From contig NW_005434592.1 of the NCBI RefSeq assembly GCF_000315625.1, positions 177,225-241,224 on the forward strand: 64,000 nucleotides of DNA, written 5' to 3'. The notes beneath the pieces are model-generated. The model did not search any database, was not told the origin of the DNA, and worked only from the letters and a program-made list of their open reading frames with translations. The DNA comes from Guillardia theta CCMP2712 (taxonomy: Eukaryota; Protista; Cryptophyta). The translations under genes were made by a program, and so were the position numbers. Below are positions 40,800-53,400 of the stretch, one piece after another (positions within the stretch are counted from its first letter, which is position 1; each line of letters opens with the position of its first letter).

Positions 40800-42330
40800 G
40801 ATGTTGACATGCTCGCAGGGCATCGCAGACGACCTGGAGCCCGTCCGACTGGCAGAGACGTATCATGACAAGTGAGAGGAGGGGGAGGGGAGGCGCCTTG
40901 CGGTGCTCATGCCTTCTGCAGGACACTAGATGACGTCAGCTTCAGACCGGAGTTTATGACCTTCAATCACCGAGGGCGGGTACGAAGCGAGCTCGCTGGC
41001 TCGGCAAGGGCTGACGCGACAGCCTCCAGGTACTCGGCCTCCTCAGCCAGGCGGCGCCGCCAGGACAAGCAGGCTCCAAGAAGACAAACTGAAGGGACAG
41101 ATCGTGTACATTGAATGGCTCAAGACTGCCCACCAGCCTCCCCTCTACATCTCCATCCCTCATCTTCAGCATCGTAGAAACAGAAGGACGAGACTATGAC
41201 CGGATAGCGCGCCCCCGCCACCTGCACCTCCCATCCTTCGTCCTCCATCTGCTCTCCTGCCTCTGCCATCGCCAGCCGACGGCTCCCCCAGCGAGTGCCC
41301 GTAGCTTGCAGATCGGATAGTTTCGACTGTGGTGCCATAGTTGATCAAGGGCTCGCCATGGTAGAGCATGACACTGGGATCGAGGACCAGCACGTGCAGC
41401 ATTCTCCTCCGTCTCCCTTTCCTCTCCACCTCCTCCAGTAGCTTCTCCAGTACGTCTCTTCCGCCAGGAAACCTCCAGGCTTGTCAACGGTGCCAGGAGG
41501 AAAAGAAGCCCGCATCAAGAACTGAGTCTGTGTCGTCAAGCTCTTGCCCGAAGACCCATCCTCGGGCTTATTAAAGCCTTCAGTCCAGCATGCCGTCCCT
41601 CCCACATGATCGCGTCGTAGACTTGAGTCGCCTCCCCGAATGAGCAGCTCGTAGCCAAGCTCACCCGTCAGTGACGTCCTGCTGAAGATCACCGACGTTC
41701 GGTCACCCAGCCACCTCGAAATTCAATATGGCATCGTAGTCCTGTACGCTTCCAATCGCAACACTGAGGCCTTTTACTACTTCGCTAGTCGTAAAGTCGA
41801 ACATGTAACGGCAAGAGCCTCCAGCCATCTGATACTTTGACTCCACCAAGTTAGCTCCTGCTTCATCGTCGTTCGCAAGCCTCCCGCTGCTGACATCCTC
41901 GCTCCTATCCATCACATCAGCGACACTATCATACAACTCATGATAATGCCTTCTGGTACTCCTCCAGCGTCCACGAGTACACGGTCAGCTCCTTCACCTT
42001 GTTTACTTTGTCGGTCTTGTCATAATTCCTCCCCCCTCGAGATCCCATCGATAGGCTGGCCACAAGTCGCCGATTGGCCATGTCCTCTTGGAACCATGTT
42101 GTACAATAACAAATCCTCATCTGGACCTGTCATGTAACCGGTCTACTAACCCAAGCCTCTTCTTGTTGCAAGTCCATTCCTTGAGAATTGCCATTAAATT
42201 TGTTCCTGATCCCTACGGAGTTTGCATAACAGTCACCTTCGCCTTGCCGTCCACTATCTGCAAGATCGCCTGACACATTCTTGTCTACAGATCCGTACGT
42301 ACATCACTGTCCATCGAGTCCCTCCATGAT
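40800..42330 (-). pseudogene. Decayed Crinkler (CRN/CR-RHS)-like effector gene
   Basis: Fragments in different frames: RRLVASLSMGSRG..ELTVYSWTLEEYQKAL, LYDSVADVMD..LVESKYQMAGGSCRYMFDFTTSEV, resembling CRN central NTPase-like region motifs (SWTLEEY..A; KY..AGGS.R.MF); multiple stops and frameshifts. Confidence 0.5.
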
Positions 42331-42479
42331 GCTCTGCGACTCGATAGCAGTAACGAAATCGATGTCATTGTCTTCCCCGTTGGGTGTTCCTTGCGGACCA
42401 AGGAGAAAACACACTGATCGTACTGACTGTGGGAGGGTGGGCCGCGCCTATCAGCCTGGGCCACTGGGCCAATGATTGC

Positions 42480-42940
42480 AGCCTCGGAAGTTCCGAACTT
42501 AGAGTCACGGTCAACCGTCACACTGTCGATCGGATGACTCACTGAGTCAGTCGGACCCGGTGACCGAGGCCGCTACTTGAGGAGTCACACTGAGCCTGAT
42601 CGGATCCGATGATGAGATTCAGGCTCCTTCAACGTGACAGGCAACCGTCCTGGCCCTCGCCGGGGAAGTAGTGCACGGTCAATTGAAAGTTTGATCGGTC
42701 CGATCGGAAGCGGCCTCAGTGAGCCGAGCCGTTAGGCCCGCCTTCAACCGGACCGTCGACGAGTCACGCCGCGGCCGCCTGTGACGGTCCGATCCGATCT
42801 GATGATCGGACCCGGCGGCGGCCCGGCCGTTCAACCGGCCCCCCCGCCGGCAGGCCCGAGTCCGATCAACGGAAGTTTTCCGACTCGAAGTTCAATGTCG
42901 GATTCAAGTTGCAAGGAGGCTCAGATTCAATTGAGTAAAG
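42480..42940. repeat. Micro-palindrome island ending in TTGAGTAAAG (reverse complement of CTTTACTCAA)
   Basis: GATCGG/CCGATC, GAGTCA, GAAGTT words; boundary motif at 42931-42940. Confidence 0.65.
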
Positions 42941-44511
42941 TTTATGGTACAGTGATTTGAAAGGGTTCAAGTTTGTTTGCTAGGGTTTGGTAATACCCCT
43001 GTGGGCCATTCAAACTACCCCCACCCCCATTTTCTATCAGTCTCCATCGCATCTTATAAGTACCCCTTCTCATCTCAAAACACCCCCACCCCCTTGAAGT
43101 CAAAATGACATGTTCGGCACCTCTGCTCTCTCTTTCGTCCCCACCACTTTCAGCAGACTTTCAGCCTGAAAATGATGGTAGGGGTGGTGCCCCCCCTGTG
43201 AGGAGGGGTTCTAGGGGTACCTCTGAGGGCACTTGTTGGTCACGTAAGGGGTTGGGGTGGAATTCTTGGAAGCACGAGCCAGGATGGGGTGGGGTAGGGT
43301 GGGGTTTTAGCGAGGATCCTCTTTTGAGGGTGGGTAGTCTCCGAATCGACTTATGGAAAATGAGGTCAGGTGGGGTAGTCAACAGACAACAGGGTGGTTG
43401 CAATACCACCGGTCCTGTTTCCAATTGAGGCGTAGATGTGAATGAAGCAGGGAATCGAGGGAAGGGTGTAGTAGGGGTACATACATTATGAGATTTTACG
43501 ATGGGGTGTTTGTGTGGGTGGGGTTTTGTGATATGACCCCTGGGGACCCAATGAGAAATAGATTGAAAGGGTAGGGTAGTCAAGAGTAGGGTAGGGTCAA
43601 ATTCATACTTGAGCAGGGGTGGGTACTGGGCTGTTCGCTCTCGGGGCCGCAACAAATCACTTAAACCAAACCCTCGTTTACCCTATGTTTGTTGTGTTTT
43701 TTTGAATGTTTGGGGGGTGGGGTAGCAGATAACCCCTGCAAATCCATAGAAATCAGATCCCGAACTTGGGGTGAACTCCAAGGGGGGTGTCGAATCCTGA
43801 GGGTGGGGTGGTTTGGATGGTGGGTAATGGAAGATCATGTGGTTTAGTTCCGATTTACCTAAATCTTCAAACAAACCAACTGGTGATCCATGCAGGCTAT
43901 TTTTGAGATCCATCTCCAAATATGGTCTTCAGTTTGAATATTAGCTCATATAAATACATAAATATTTCAAAATATGCAACGAGAGTACCCTCTGCGAAAA
44001 AGTTCAGAGATGTTTCTTTGATCCTCCTCTTCATGCAGGGCGGGGGAAACTGGGGGCGGAAGAGGTAGAGGATTAGGGTCAGAAGGTGTCGAGAGACTGG
44101 CAAACAGTTGCGAAGATGTATGCACTGCCATGAGAATAGATCTTGCATGCCATCACTCCATTGGAGTGAACAAGTGTCCAGGGAATCAAAAACAAGACTG
44201 TCGAAGACATGTACAACAGGGGTACGACACCCTCGTTTCTGTAGCTAGAGGTGTGTTTTTAGCTTGCATTGAGTGCATACGATGCCTTGTGCGTCATGGC
44301 GGCCATCGTTCCTAGTATGTAGAGGAAGAATGACGTTTGGAGTGAGAGAGAAGGGATTTGCGGATCACGGCGACGTCATCAAGCATGTTAGGGTGTTTTT
44401 CAATTATGATGTAAAGGGATAAGATTGTTGTACCTCGTAGGAGCTCTCGTTCAGATAATTCTGCTCGCGCTAAGTCTGTTCTAAGGTCCTGGATCATCTG
44501 GTTCTGGCTCC

Positions 44512-47500
44512 ATGAGACCGGATCGGAGTACAGCTCCCCCTTCGGAGGGTTCGAAACGGCGGTGGAGCGCATGGTACCTGAAGAAGCAGAGGGTTGGGTT
44601 CGGCAAGAGGCTTTGGATCTTTCTGAGTTTGGTTTTTGTTCTCCTCTTTCCTCTGTCCAACGAGGAACGAGCAGGTGAATGCTTTGTCATCCCTCAACTA
44701 TTTAGCTACGTGGGTGGAAGATTGCTCAACTCAATCTGCTCGTTGTCTGAACTCTCCTGTGTTGAGTTGAAAGTGTAGATGATGTGTTGTGACGTATACC
44801 TCTGACAAAGTTGTTTTTGCAGCTGTAAATGCGCATGTGAATAGTGGATCTGGCCTCGCTTTCTCTCAGATTCGTTGCTTGCTGAAACATGAGCGAGCTA
44901 GGGGTCGCCCTGTTTTCCAACTGCCACTTGTCAAGACCGACAGGATCGAGAAGAGCAGGAGGGCAATCCATTCTCCTTCGATGGTTGCTGGCTATGCACG
45001 CAATGCAGATGATGGAAGTGGGATGTCGTTCGGGAGCAGGAGGTGGTTCCTCTTTCCTCTCAAGTACGAGGCGCAGGCCGATGTTGCCAAGGTCAAGCCC
45101 CCGGTCAAACAGAAGATCAAGAGCGCTTCAAGGAACAACACGCAACCAGAAATGCAGAAGAAGGCTACTTCTGGGAAGAAAGCAACCAAGTTCCTGCTCG
45201 AAGGAGTCATCTCCCTCGGGCTGGCTGCTCAGTCCATGCTGGGAAACTCGTCACAGGCAGTTGAAACGAGTGAGGTGTCCGACGTGTCAACATCTGACCT
45301 CTTAGAGGATGTTGCGGCTCGCAATGTTACGAAAGAGGAAGGTATCCGAGGAGACGCTGCACCCTCAAACGCGCAAGTTCCCACCAACTCCGTGACAACA
45401 CCGGAATCTAAGGATGCGCCATGGCAATACACGTGGACTCCGGAGAAAGGAGATTATTGGGCGTACGAGCTCGGCTATCGTCTCAGCTCTAGTGCTGTAT
45501 GTCTACCTCGTCCTCAGCTGGCTGAGCTCCTGATGCTCTTCGCAGGTGTCGACGATCGCGTCTGCTCTGGATTACGCACGCGGGAAGATTTCTGTTTCGG
45601 ACAGCAACGAAATCAAGAATGCCGCAGGTAGCAACCAGACTGCAGGGGCTCCGCTGCTCCTTAGTACTGAGCTGTTGGAGAAAGACAAGGACGAGAACAC
45701 AACAGCTGTTCTTAACAGGGTGCTTGACGCTGTGAGATCCACAAACGCAGCAGGTCCCAGCCTAGCCAGGGAGGGAGCAGCGAGTGTTAATGACTCTCTT
45801 GTGGAAGCAAACAGTATCCTTGAGGCTGCACCGCAGAACGAACGCCGCTCTAAGAGAGAAGAATTCTTCCACTTCATGCAGAATCTTGCCTTCTGGCAAA
45901 TGGAATTTTGGAAGGCTGAGGAACCTGGAAACTTGTCGCTGTCCGAACGCAATAGGACGGATCTGCTCTCCGACCAGGAGGAGCGAGTTTTGGAAGCGTG
46001 GAAGGAGGCAGAAGCTTTTATCAAGGAGGAGAAAGTCATGAACTCGTCTTCAGAGTTGGCTGGCAGCGTCTTGTTCCAGGGCTTGCTCGCAGACAGCATC
46101 AACGGCGATGGTCTTAAGGAGTCGAACGCCTCTGCAATCGATGGATTGACGGGAGTGGCAAAGGATGAAGTGCAGGATTTGTTCGTTGGGCTCTTTGAAG
46201 GGATGAGCCCAGTTTCCTCCTCCCTCCCCTCAAAGTTGGACGCTGCCGATCTGTTGCAGACCGACTCATCCGAGCCTGAGGCTTCACCTGCGACAGGAGG
46301 GACGCAGAGCTTTGCGCTTGCTTCATCCTCGTCGGGGTCGTTGGCCGACGCGGTCGTCCGCCTCTTCAAGAGTGTCGGCCTTGATTCAGGTGACTCGTGC
46401 TGTTGGATCCTCAACCTCCCCCTGACTTGCTCCCCTGCCCAGCTGCATACGAGCAGAAGCTGGAGGAGGCCAAGGTGACGCTGCTGCAGTCGATTGGGGT
46501 GGGAAGCAAAGGTCCCCTCGACGAGTACTCGCCTGACTGGCAGCAAGCACCAAAGTTTGATATGTCGCTTGCTGCCGTGATGGCTCATTACGCGTTCGAG
46601 AGCTACAACTACCCGGTGGATGGCCGGTGGGAGGAGCATCTTGACGGGACAAGAACCTGCTACTTGTCTCCCGGTAACTTGGCTGCTGCTTCTCCTTCCT
46701 CCTCCCTCCTCTCTCGCCGTTACGAACGTCATCGTCTCCCTTCAGCCTTCTCCTCATTCCCGCATCACCACATGACATGATACTCGCAGACATTGTCCGC
46801 TCGCTTTACGACGGAATCATCTGTATGAAGATCGCAAAGCTTCGCCAGTCGGCCCATGCAGATGACAAGAGCGGAGAGGAGCTTGACCTCGCATCCAAGG
46901 CCATGCGCCTGCAGTGCAAGATGCCCGATTCCGTTCACAGCACGCGACCGATGCGAGCGGCGGAGAGCAGCAAGAGAGAGAATCGCACGTTTCTCATGTG
47001 GGACGATACTCTCTTCATGTACGCAACCAACAGCAGGAGGCAAGACGGCATTGCTGACTCTCTCCTCCTAGAAGCGGTACTGCCCTCTCATGTCCTCTTC
47101 ACTCTGTCCCCTGACTCCTTTCACAGATTGCAGAGAAAGGAAACTTTCCCTTCGGCCCAGAAGAAGTCTGTGGGACGGCGACGATCCCACTGAAGAAGCT
47201 GAGAAACTCTAAGAAGCAGAGATTCCACATCCCCGTCTTCTCCTGCAAGGAAGAAGAGGTCGACGTGCTGGATGCCTCTGACTCTGTGGAGCTGGCCAGT
47301 GAAGCAGAGCAGGACCTCAAGGAGGATCTCAGGGACGAGCGCAAGCAGCTGCAAGGGAAGGAGTCCCAACTCCCTATCCCACTCCCTCTTCGTGGGGATG
47401 GGGAGTTCGAGCGGTTCTCCCTGCTCGGGGTAGACCTTCCAGCTGGACAGGTAGCACAGGTGACGAGCTCCATATCGGACGAGCTTGTCCGGTCCAAGGA

Positions 47501-50049
47501 GGAAGCGAAGCAGCAGGAACTTGTTGCGCGGAGGAGCATGAAGTCAGCCCTGCAGCAGGGGCTGCCGCTCGTTGCCTCCCTCAAGTCCTCCGACGTGGTC
47601 GGGTGGCTCCAGGAGATTGGACTAGGAAACTTTGCTCCTACTTTCGGGAGCAAGGGAGTCGATGGAAGGTAGGAAGAGGGGAGGAGATGGAGGGAGAGGA
47701 AGGGGTGATGAGGAAGGAGGAAGTAGGAAATTTTCTAAACATGCCGTGCAGGTCACTGGTTGAGATGGGATTTTTGCTTGAAACGGATCCGAACTTCCTG
47801 TACAGCATGCTGCGAGATGAGTTCGGGTTCACGCAGATTGGCTCCATCCTCACCTTTTCTGCTGAGCTCCGTGTGCTCCTCCGCGCAGCTTCGCAGAAGA
47901 GCCCCTGGCAGGTCGAGCACGTGAAGGAGGACAAGAAGGGAGCTGAGCAAGAATCGACGAGAACTGGCTGGGAGAAAGTGGAGGGGAGAGCCGAACGTGC
48001 GATGGGGGACTCGGCCAAGGAGAAAAAGCAGAGCAAGGAGGGGCTGGACTGGGCTGTGTCGAGGCTCAAGGAACTTCTTGATGGTGAAAGCACAGAGATG
48101 TCGGAGGAGGCTACTGTACGGCCTTCGTCTTTCAAGGAGCGATCGTCCGACACACGGACGAGGACTGGGAGGATCGGCCTCCTTGAAGTGGAGACTCAGT
48201 ACTTCCCCTTTTCCGATGGCCCCTACGTCCTCGGTAAGAATTTGCGGCCCTCTTCCCTTTCCTGCCCCGTCGCTCACTCTCCCTCGTCTGCTCACTCCTC
48301 CCTCATGCTCCTTCTGCAGGCCCTCAGTCTGGCCCCCTCCAGCTCCGTTCTGGCGTGCTAGGCAGGTGCGAGGCCTGGCCGTCGATGGAGCGCTGGAGTC
48401 TCTTGACCAAGCTGGCCAAGGAGCGAGGGAACGGGTCAGTGCAGTCGAGTGAGCTGGGAGAGCTCGCGAGCTTCATCGAGGTCAACTCGACCGACACCCA
48501 CGTTGTCGTCTGGCGAGACAAGACGCACAAGAGGATAGTTGTCAGCTTCCGCGGCACCGACATCAACTGGAAGGACGTCCTGACGGACCTCATGTGCTTT
48601 CAGACTGACGTCTCCTGGCTCTTCGACCCCCAGCCAACGTCCTGCTCTCCTCTTCCTGTGGCCTCTCACTGACCTTCTCCCTCTAGGTCTCTTCCTGAGC
48701 CTCAGCTCGATGGCCCTGAGGTGCAGAAGGCCGCGGGCCCTGACCCGAGTGGGCTCGGCAATTTCGCGTATGAGGGATCAGAATCGCCTCCTCCTAAGGC
48801 CCACATCGGCTTCTGCATTGCCTACGCCTCCTGCCGTGAGCAGGTGCTCCTTGCCATCCGTCCTCATCTCCTTGTCCCTCTCCGCGTTGTTGTTCCAGCT
48901 CTGTCCTCTCCCTCCCCATGCTTTCTTCCAGACCCTCCCCATCCCTCCCCTCCATCATCACCGGCCTGATCTTGTTACCTCTCTCCTGCTCTCGTTGCCA
49001 CTTGAGTTCTTGCCCTGGTTGTTCTGCTTCCACGATCTCGCCTCCCATCTCTCTCCCTGACCACCTGACCCTCCTCTCAGCTCACCAGGACGCTGCGGGC
49101 TCTCTTGCCTGAGGACGAGGAGGAGCTGAAGAAGTGGACCGTTTGCAGCACCGGACACTCACTGGGCGGCTCTCTCAGCACCTTGTTTGCGGTCGACGTG
49201 GCAGTTCGAATCCCCGAGCTGCAGGTCATCATGTACAACTTCGGGGCCCCCAAGGTTGGGGACGACGAGTTCGTCCGCCGGTACAACGACCTAGTGCCCA
49301 ACTCGTTCAGGGTCGTCAACGATGCTGACGTCATCGTCCGTCTGCCGAGGAACAAGGGGGTCGGCAGCATCCCCGGGGCCACCAACTACTATCATGTGAG
49401 TGATGGGACTGCCTCTCCTCCTACAACTAGATCATGTCCATCGCAACCACCGCCCCCTCCCTCTCCCTCTATCATCACCATCCTCATCGCTGTATATTTC
49501 TCCCCTTTCTCTCCCTCCTTGTCGATCTCTCTTCCCCTGCCTCTATCCACCGCTCTCTCCCACATCTAGCCACATCTTGTTGCTTCTTGCCCCTCCTCCC
49601 TTCCTCGCTGCTTGTCGTGACACTCTGGCAGATCGGACGTACAGTTCTGCTCTCCCCTGATGCCCCAGTGTGGGTGGAAGGAGAAAGTGCTGGTGACGAT
49701 CCTCTAAGGTGAAAAGCAGCAAGATGTGTGAAGGAGGAGAGGAGGAGGGGATGTCAAGGAGAGGAGGAGCAAGAGGGTTCCAGGAGAGGAGTTGGAGGTA
49801 TCAAAGAAAGGAGGAGTTAAGGAGGACGGGGAGGAGACGGCAGAGGACTAACTGAGGTGCAGCGAGCGGTGGGAGAGCTTGTCGGATCTTCTGGAGGCAG
49901 AGGTCAACCTGATGCAGGTAAGAGGCGAGTACTTGCCCTCAGCTGGGCATTGACAATTTGACAGACGTTGGTGGAGGGACGAGGTTTCGTCCAGCATGTC
50001 GAGAACGGATACTATGAGGTGAGAAGAACGAAGGAGAGGGAGGAGAGGG

Positions 50050-50112
<63 letters not shown>

Positions 50113-50287
50113 GCGGGTGGAGGAGGAGGAGGCGAAGCAGATTTTCTCAGAAACCTTGCTGAATCGATGGCAGGCGATGCTCAGCATGCTACAGAGGACT
50201 CGACCCACCGGCATGACGCTGACGGAGGGAGAGAGGAGCGACATGACGCTGACGGAGGGCGAGAGGAGCGTGAGAGGAGCGACTTGA
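44512..50287 (+). CDS. Class 3 lipase, HIL1/PGD1-like plastid galactolipase, with a SAM-like insert
   Basis: Hydrophobic signal + CF; PKFDMSLAAVMAHYAFESYN..TCYLSP..RSLYDG block; RIVVSFRGTD..WKDVLTDL; STGHSLGG; MYNFGAPKVGD; FRVVNDADVIVRLP; C-terminal QHVENGYY. The start is tentative. Confidence 0.8.
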
Positions 50288-50403
50288 AAAATGAAACTTC
50301 ATAGATGCAAGGGCACACGATACTCCCGAAGTACAGAGAGGGAGAGAAGAGAGGAGGAGGAGAGGGCGGGAGAGGGGAAGGAGGCGGTCAAGGGTTTTCA
50401 TCT

Positions 50404-53400
50404 TCACCATCCAATGGCCTGAAAGTGTGTCAGCAGCTATTGGCTAACTCCCTCCCCCCTTTCTCCCTCCCCCCTTTCCTTTTCCTCTCCTCTCCTCCCC
50501 CCTCACCTTCCAGTCGATCCACTGATCCCCGACAGCCACTTTGACGTCTCCTCCTCCTGGGAACAGTCCGAGCTTGTAACCACCCAGCACCGCGTCCTGC
50601 AGGAACATGAGGAAGGCGATGGAAGTCATATCATCTCACCTGTTTGCTGATCTCGATGACTTTCTGTCCTTGCGCGCTCGTCGCCTGTGCTCAAATCACT
50701 CCTCCCTTCTCCCCCTCTCCCTTCTCCCTCCTCCCTCACCGTGCCCGGCTGAGTTTGACAGGCGCAGGAGGTGAAGAACCAGGTCACCAGGTTTCCAGCT
50801 GAGTTCCAAACTTTGACGGTGTCCTTGGGCTGCGCGAGGGAGCTGGTGACAGACCAGCCGATGGTCAGCTGGAGGGTAGTAGAGGAGTACTGGTAGCCCT
50901 TGAAGCTCACAGCCGCCTGCCGGCAGGTCGCAAGTGAGCGGAATAGAACAGAGAGGAGAGGAGAGGAGAGGGGAGGGGAGGGCAGAGAAGGAGCGACAGG
51001 GAGCGAGAGGAGGAACAAGGAAGAAAATGGAAGAAACTTGTTGTGGAGAGGAGGGGGCGGGGCGAGGAGCACCTTTCCAATCGAGAAGGCAATGGTAGCG
51101 AACACCGGGGTCCACTGCTTCTGCAGCTTGAGGGTGTAAGAGGCTCCATCCGGCAGGCCCTCTGAGAGGACGACGTTGACGCATCCCTCCGCAGAGTCTG
51201 GGACGGGGGAGGAGAAGCCTGCTCCCTGCATGCCATGCGTCACTGACCTCTCACCTCCCCCTCTCCACCTGCTCCACTACTCTTACTCCCAGTTCTCCCT
51301 CAGCAAGTGAAGCTCTCTCCACTACCTCCTCTTCGTGTTCCTCTTCCCCTTCCTGCTCCTCTTCGTTGTCCTCCCCCTCCTCACTCGTACACGAGCACCG
51401 CCGGCCACTGCCTCCTCCACAGCATCCTCACCTGCAACCCATCGGGGTAGTAGTTGCCAGAGCTGCCATCGCCCTCATACAGCACCAACGCCTTGGGGTT
51501 CAGGTTGAGGGAGGGGGGGACTACGTAGCAGACCTCCTGCTGGGCGCCAGTGGCCCACAGGACCGGGTGGCTGCTGCTCATGCCCGAGATGCTGAGCTCG
51601 GGGACGGGCTCGGTGGCTCCCGCTGCTGCCATCTGACTCAGCACGGCCTCAGCGGCGTCCAGTCGGCTGTTCATGAGCTCCTGGGTCTTGGCCTCGGCGG
51701 CCTGGAGGGCTGCGATTTTGGCCGACAGTCGCGCGATCGGGTCGTTGAGCTGCTCGACGCGCTTCAGTTCGGTTGCCGTGCACATGTCAGAGGACAAGGA
51801 GCTGATGTTGGAGATCACGTCCCCCGCCGCCACCTCCACGGGGTATCCGTCCTGCCCGAACTCGTTGGGGGGTTTGTAGCTCATCAGCGCCACCTTGTAC
51901 TCGCCGGCGGGGAGCTGGGTCTTGAAGCTGATCTGACCTGAGGCAGGGCAGAGGCCGCCGTTGGAGTTGCTGTTGTACTGGGAGGAGCAGAGGTACTGGG
52001 CGGCAACGAAGCTCATCGACTTAGTCTCGGAGATGCTGTAGAGACCTACAAAGGACTTCTGCGTCGGGGGCTGGGCACCACCGGTGTAGGAGTAGGAGAA
52101 GGAGAGGGTGGTCTCTCCCTGGCAGCTCGCTAGAGGAGACGCCTTGATCCCCCCGTCGCACTCCAACCCTGAGAAGCCTGAAGGGCAGATGCACTTGCTG
52201 CAGTCAGCAGCCGCCACTCCCCCGTTCTTGCAGGAAAGGCTGCAAGTCTCGCAGGAGGGGCCGGTCCATCCTCCCCGGCACATGCACGTGCAGTCCTTGA
52301 GGTATCTGCCAGCGTTGGCACAGGTCACGCTCGAGCACTTGGACGGGGTCTCAGGCTTCATGACGATCATCCCGTACGTCTCAATACCGCACTCGTTGCT
52401 TCCCTTGCGGACCTTCCACATCCCCTCATCCCCCGACGACTTGCCCCACGAGTTCTGGACCAGCCAGTAATCTACCCCGTTCTCCCGCCCCCAGCCGACG
52501 AGGACGACGGCATGCCCTCCGACCTTCTGGGCCTTGGCAGACTTGGTGTAGACTCCGCTCTTGTAGGAGTAGAAGTCATCGTACACGTCAAACACGACAA
52601 CCCCAGGGCCATTCTGCATCAGTTCCAGCTGCATCTGCTTGATTCCGTCCGGAGTTTGGTCTCCTACAATCAGGGCTGTGCCTTGCAAGCCCGTGTAAGA
52701 GTTGCCGTTGGAGCAGTATCCTCCGCACGTCTCCTTGACTTGCGTGTAGGGATCGCAGAAGTTCTCTACTATCCTGGCACTTCGCTCATCCGCAATCCTC
52801 TCGTAGAGGGACAGCGGCCATCCTCCATCGCATCCGTTCCCGCAGTCCATTAGCTCTTGCGATGACGCCACCATGTTCCACTTCCTGTCCGTCATCTTGC
52901 ACATCCTTGCACTGTAGGCTGTGCCAGAAGCGAAAGCGTAGCATGAGCCGCAGGAGCCTTGATCAAGAATGTCGTAGGACAAGCACTTGGACTCTTTCTC
53001 TCGATGATCACGAGCATCGTATGATGCAGGCGGCTGGAACCCAGCAGTCGAAAGCTTCACCGTCTTGGCCACCTTCTCCGCCAAGGAGGGTTTCATGAGC
53101 CCGAGACCGAAGTCCGGGATCACTTTGCCGTCGTGTGCCGCCTTGTGCTGAGCAGTCCACGAGAGCTGCTGCTGGTTGATGCTCCTTGCCTTGAACTCCG
53201 AGGACGCGAGTTGAGACGCCATACCATCCGCGCACACCTGGGGAGACACGCGCATGACGCGGAAGCGCCCGAGGTAGTTGTGAGGGTCTGAAGAGGCGAG
53301 CGAGGGGTCGGCGAGCTGACTCGCTCGAGGAAGGTGAGCGACGCGAGCAGCATAAACGCTGCCGTCGTACTCAATCTCGAGGCGATACTGCCCCCTCTGA

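Noticed and set aside
44312-44697. Minus-strand small ORFs
   Set aside because: They overlap the probable signal-peptide exon of the lipase and have no motif.
45572-46732. 386-aa minus-strand ORF
   Set aside because: Antisense shadow of the lipase exon, common in GC-rich coding DNA.
50212-50270. 30-bp tandem duplication at the lipase C-terminus
   Set aside because: Real, but a trivial slippage event in a low-constraint tail.
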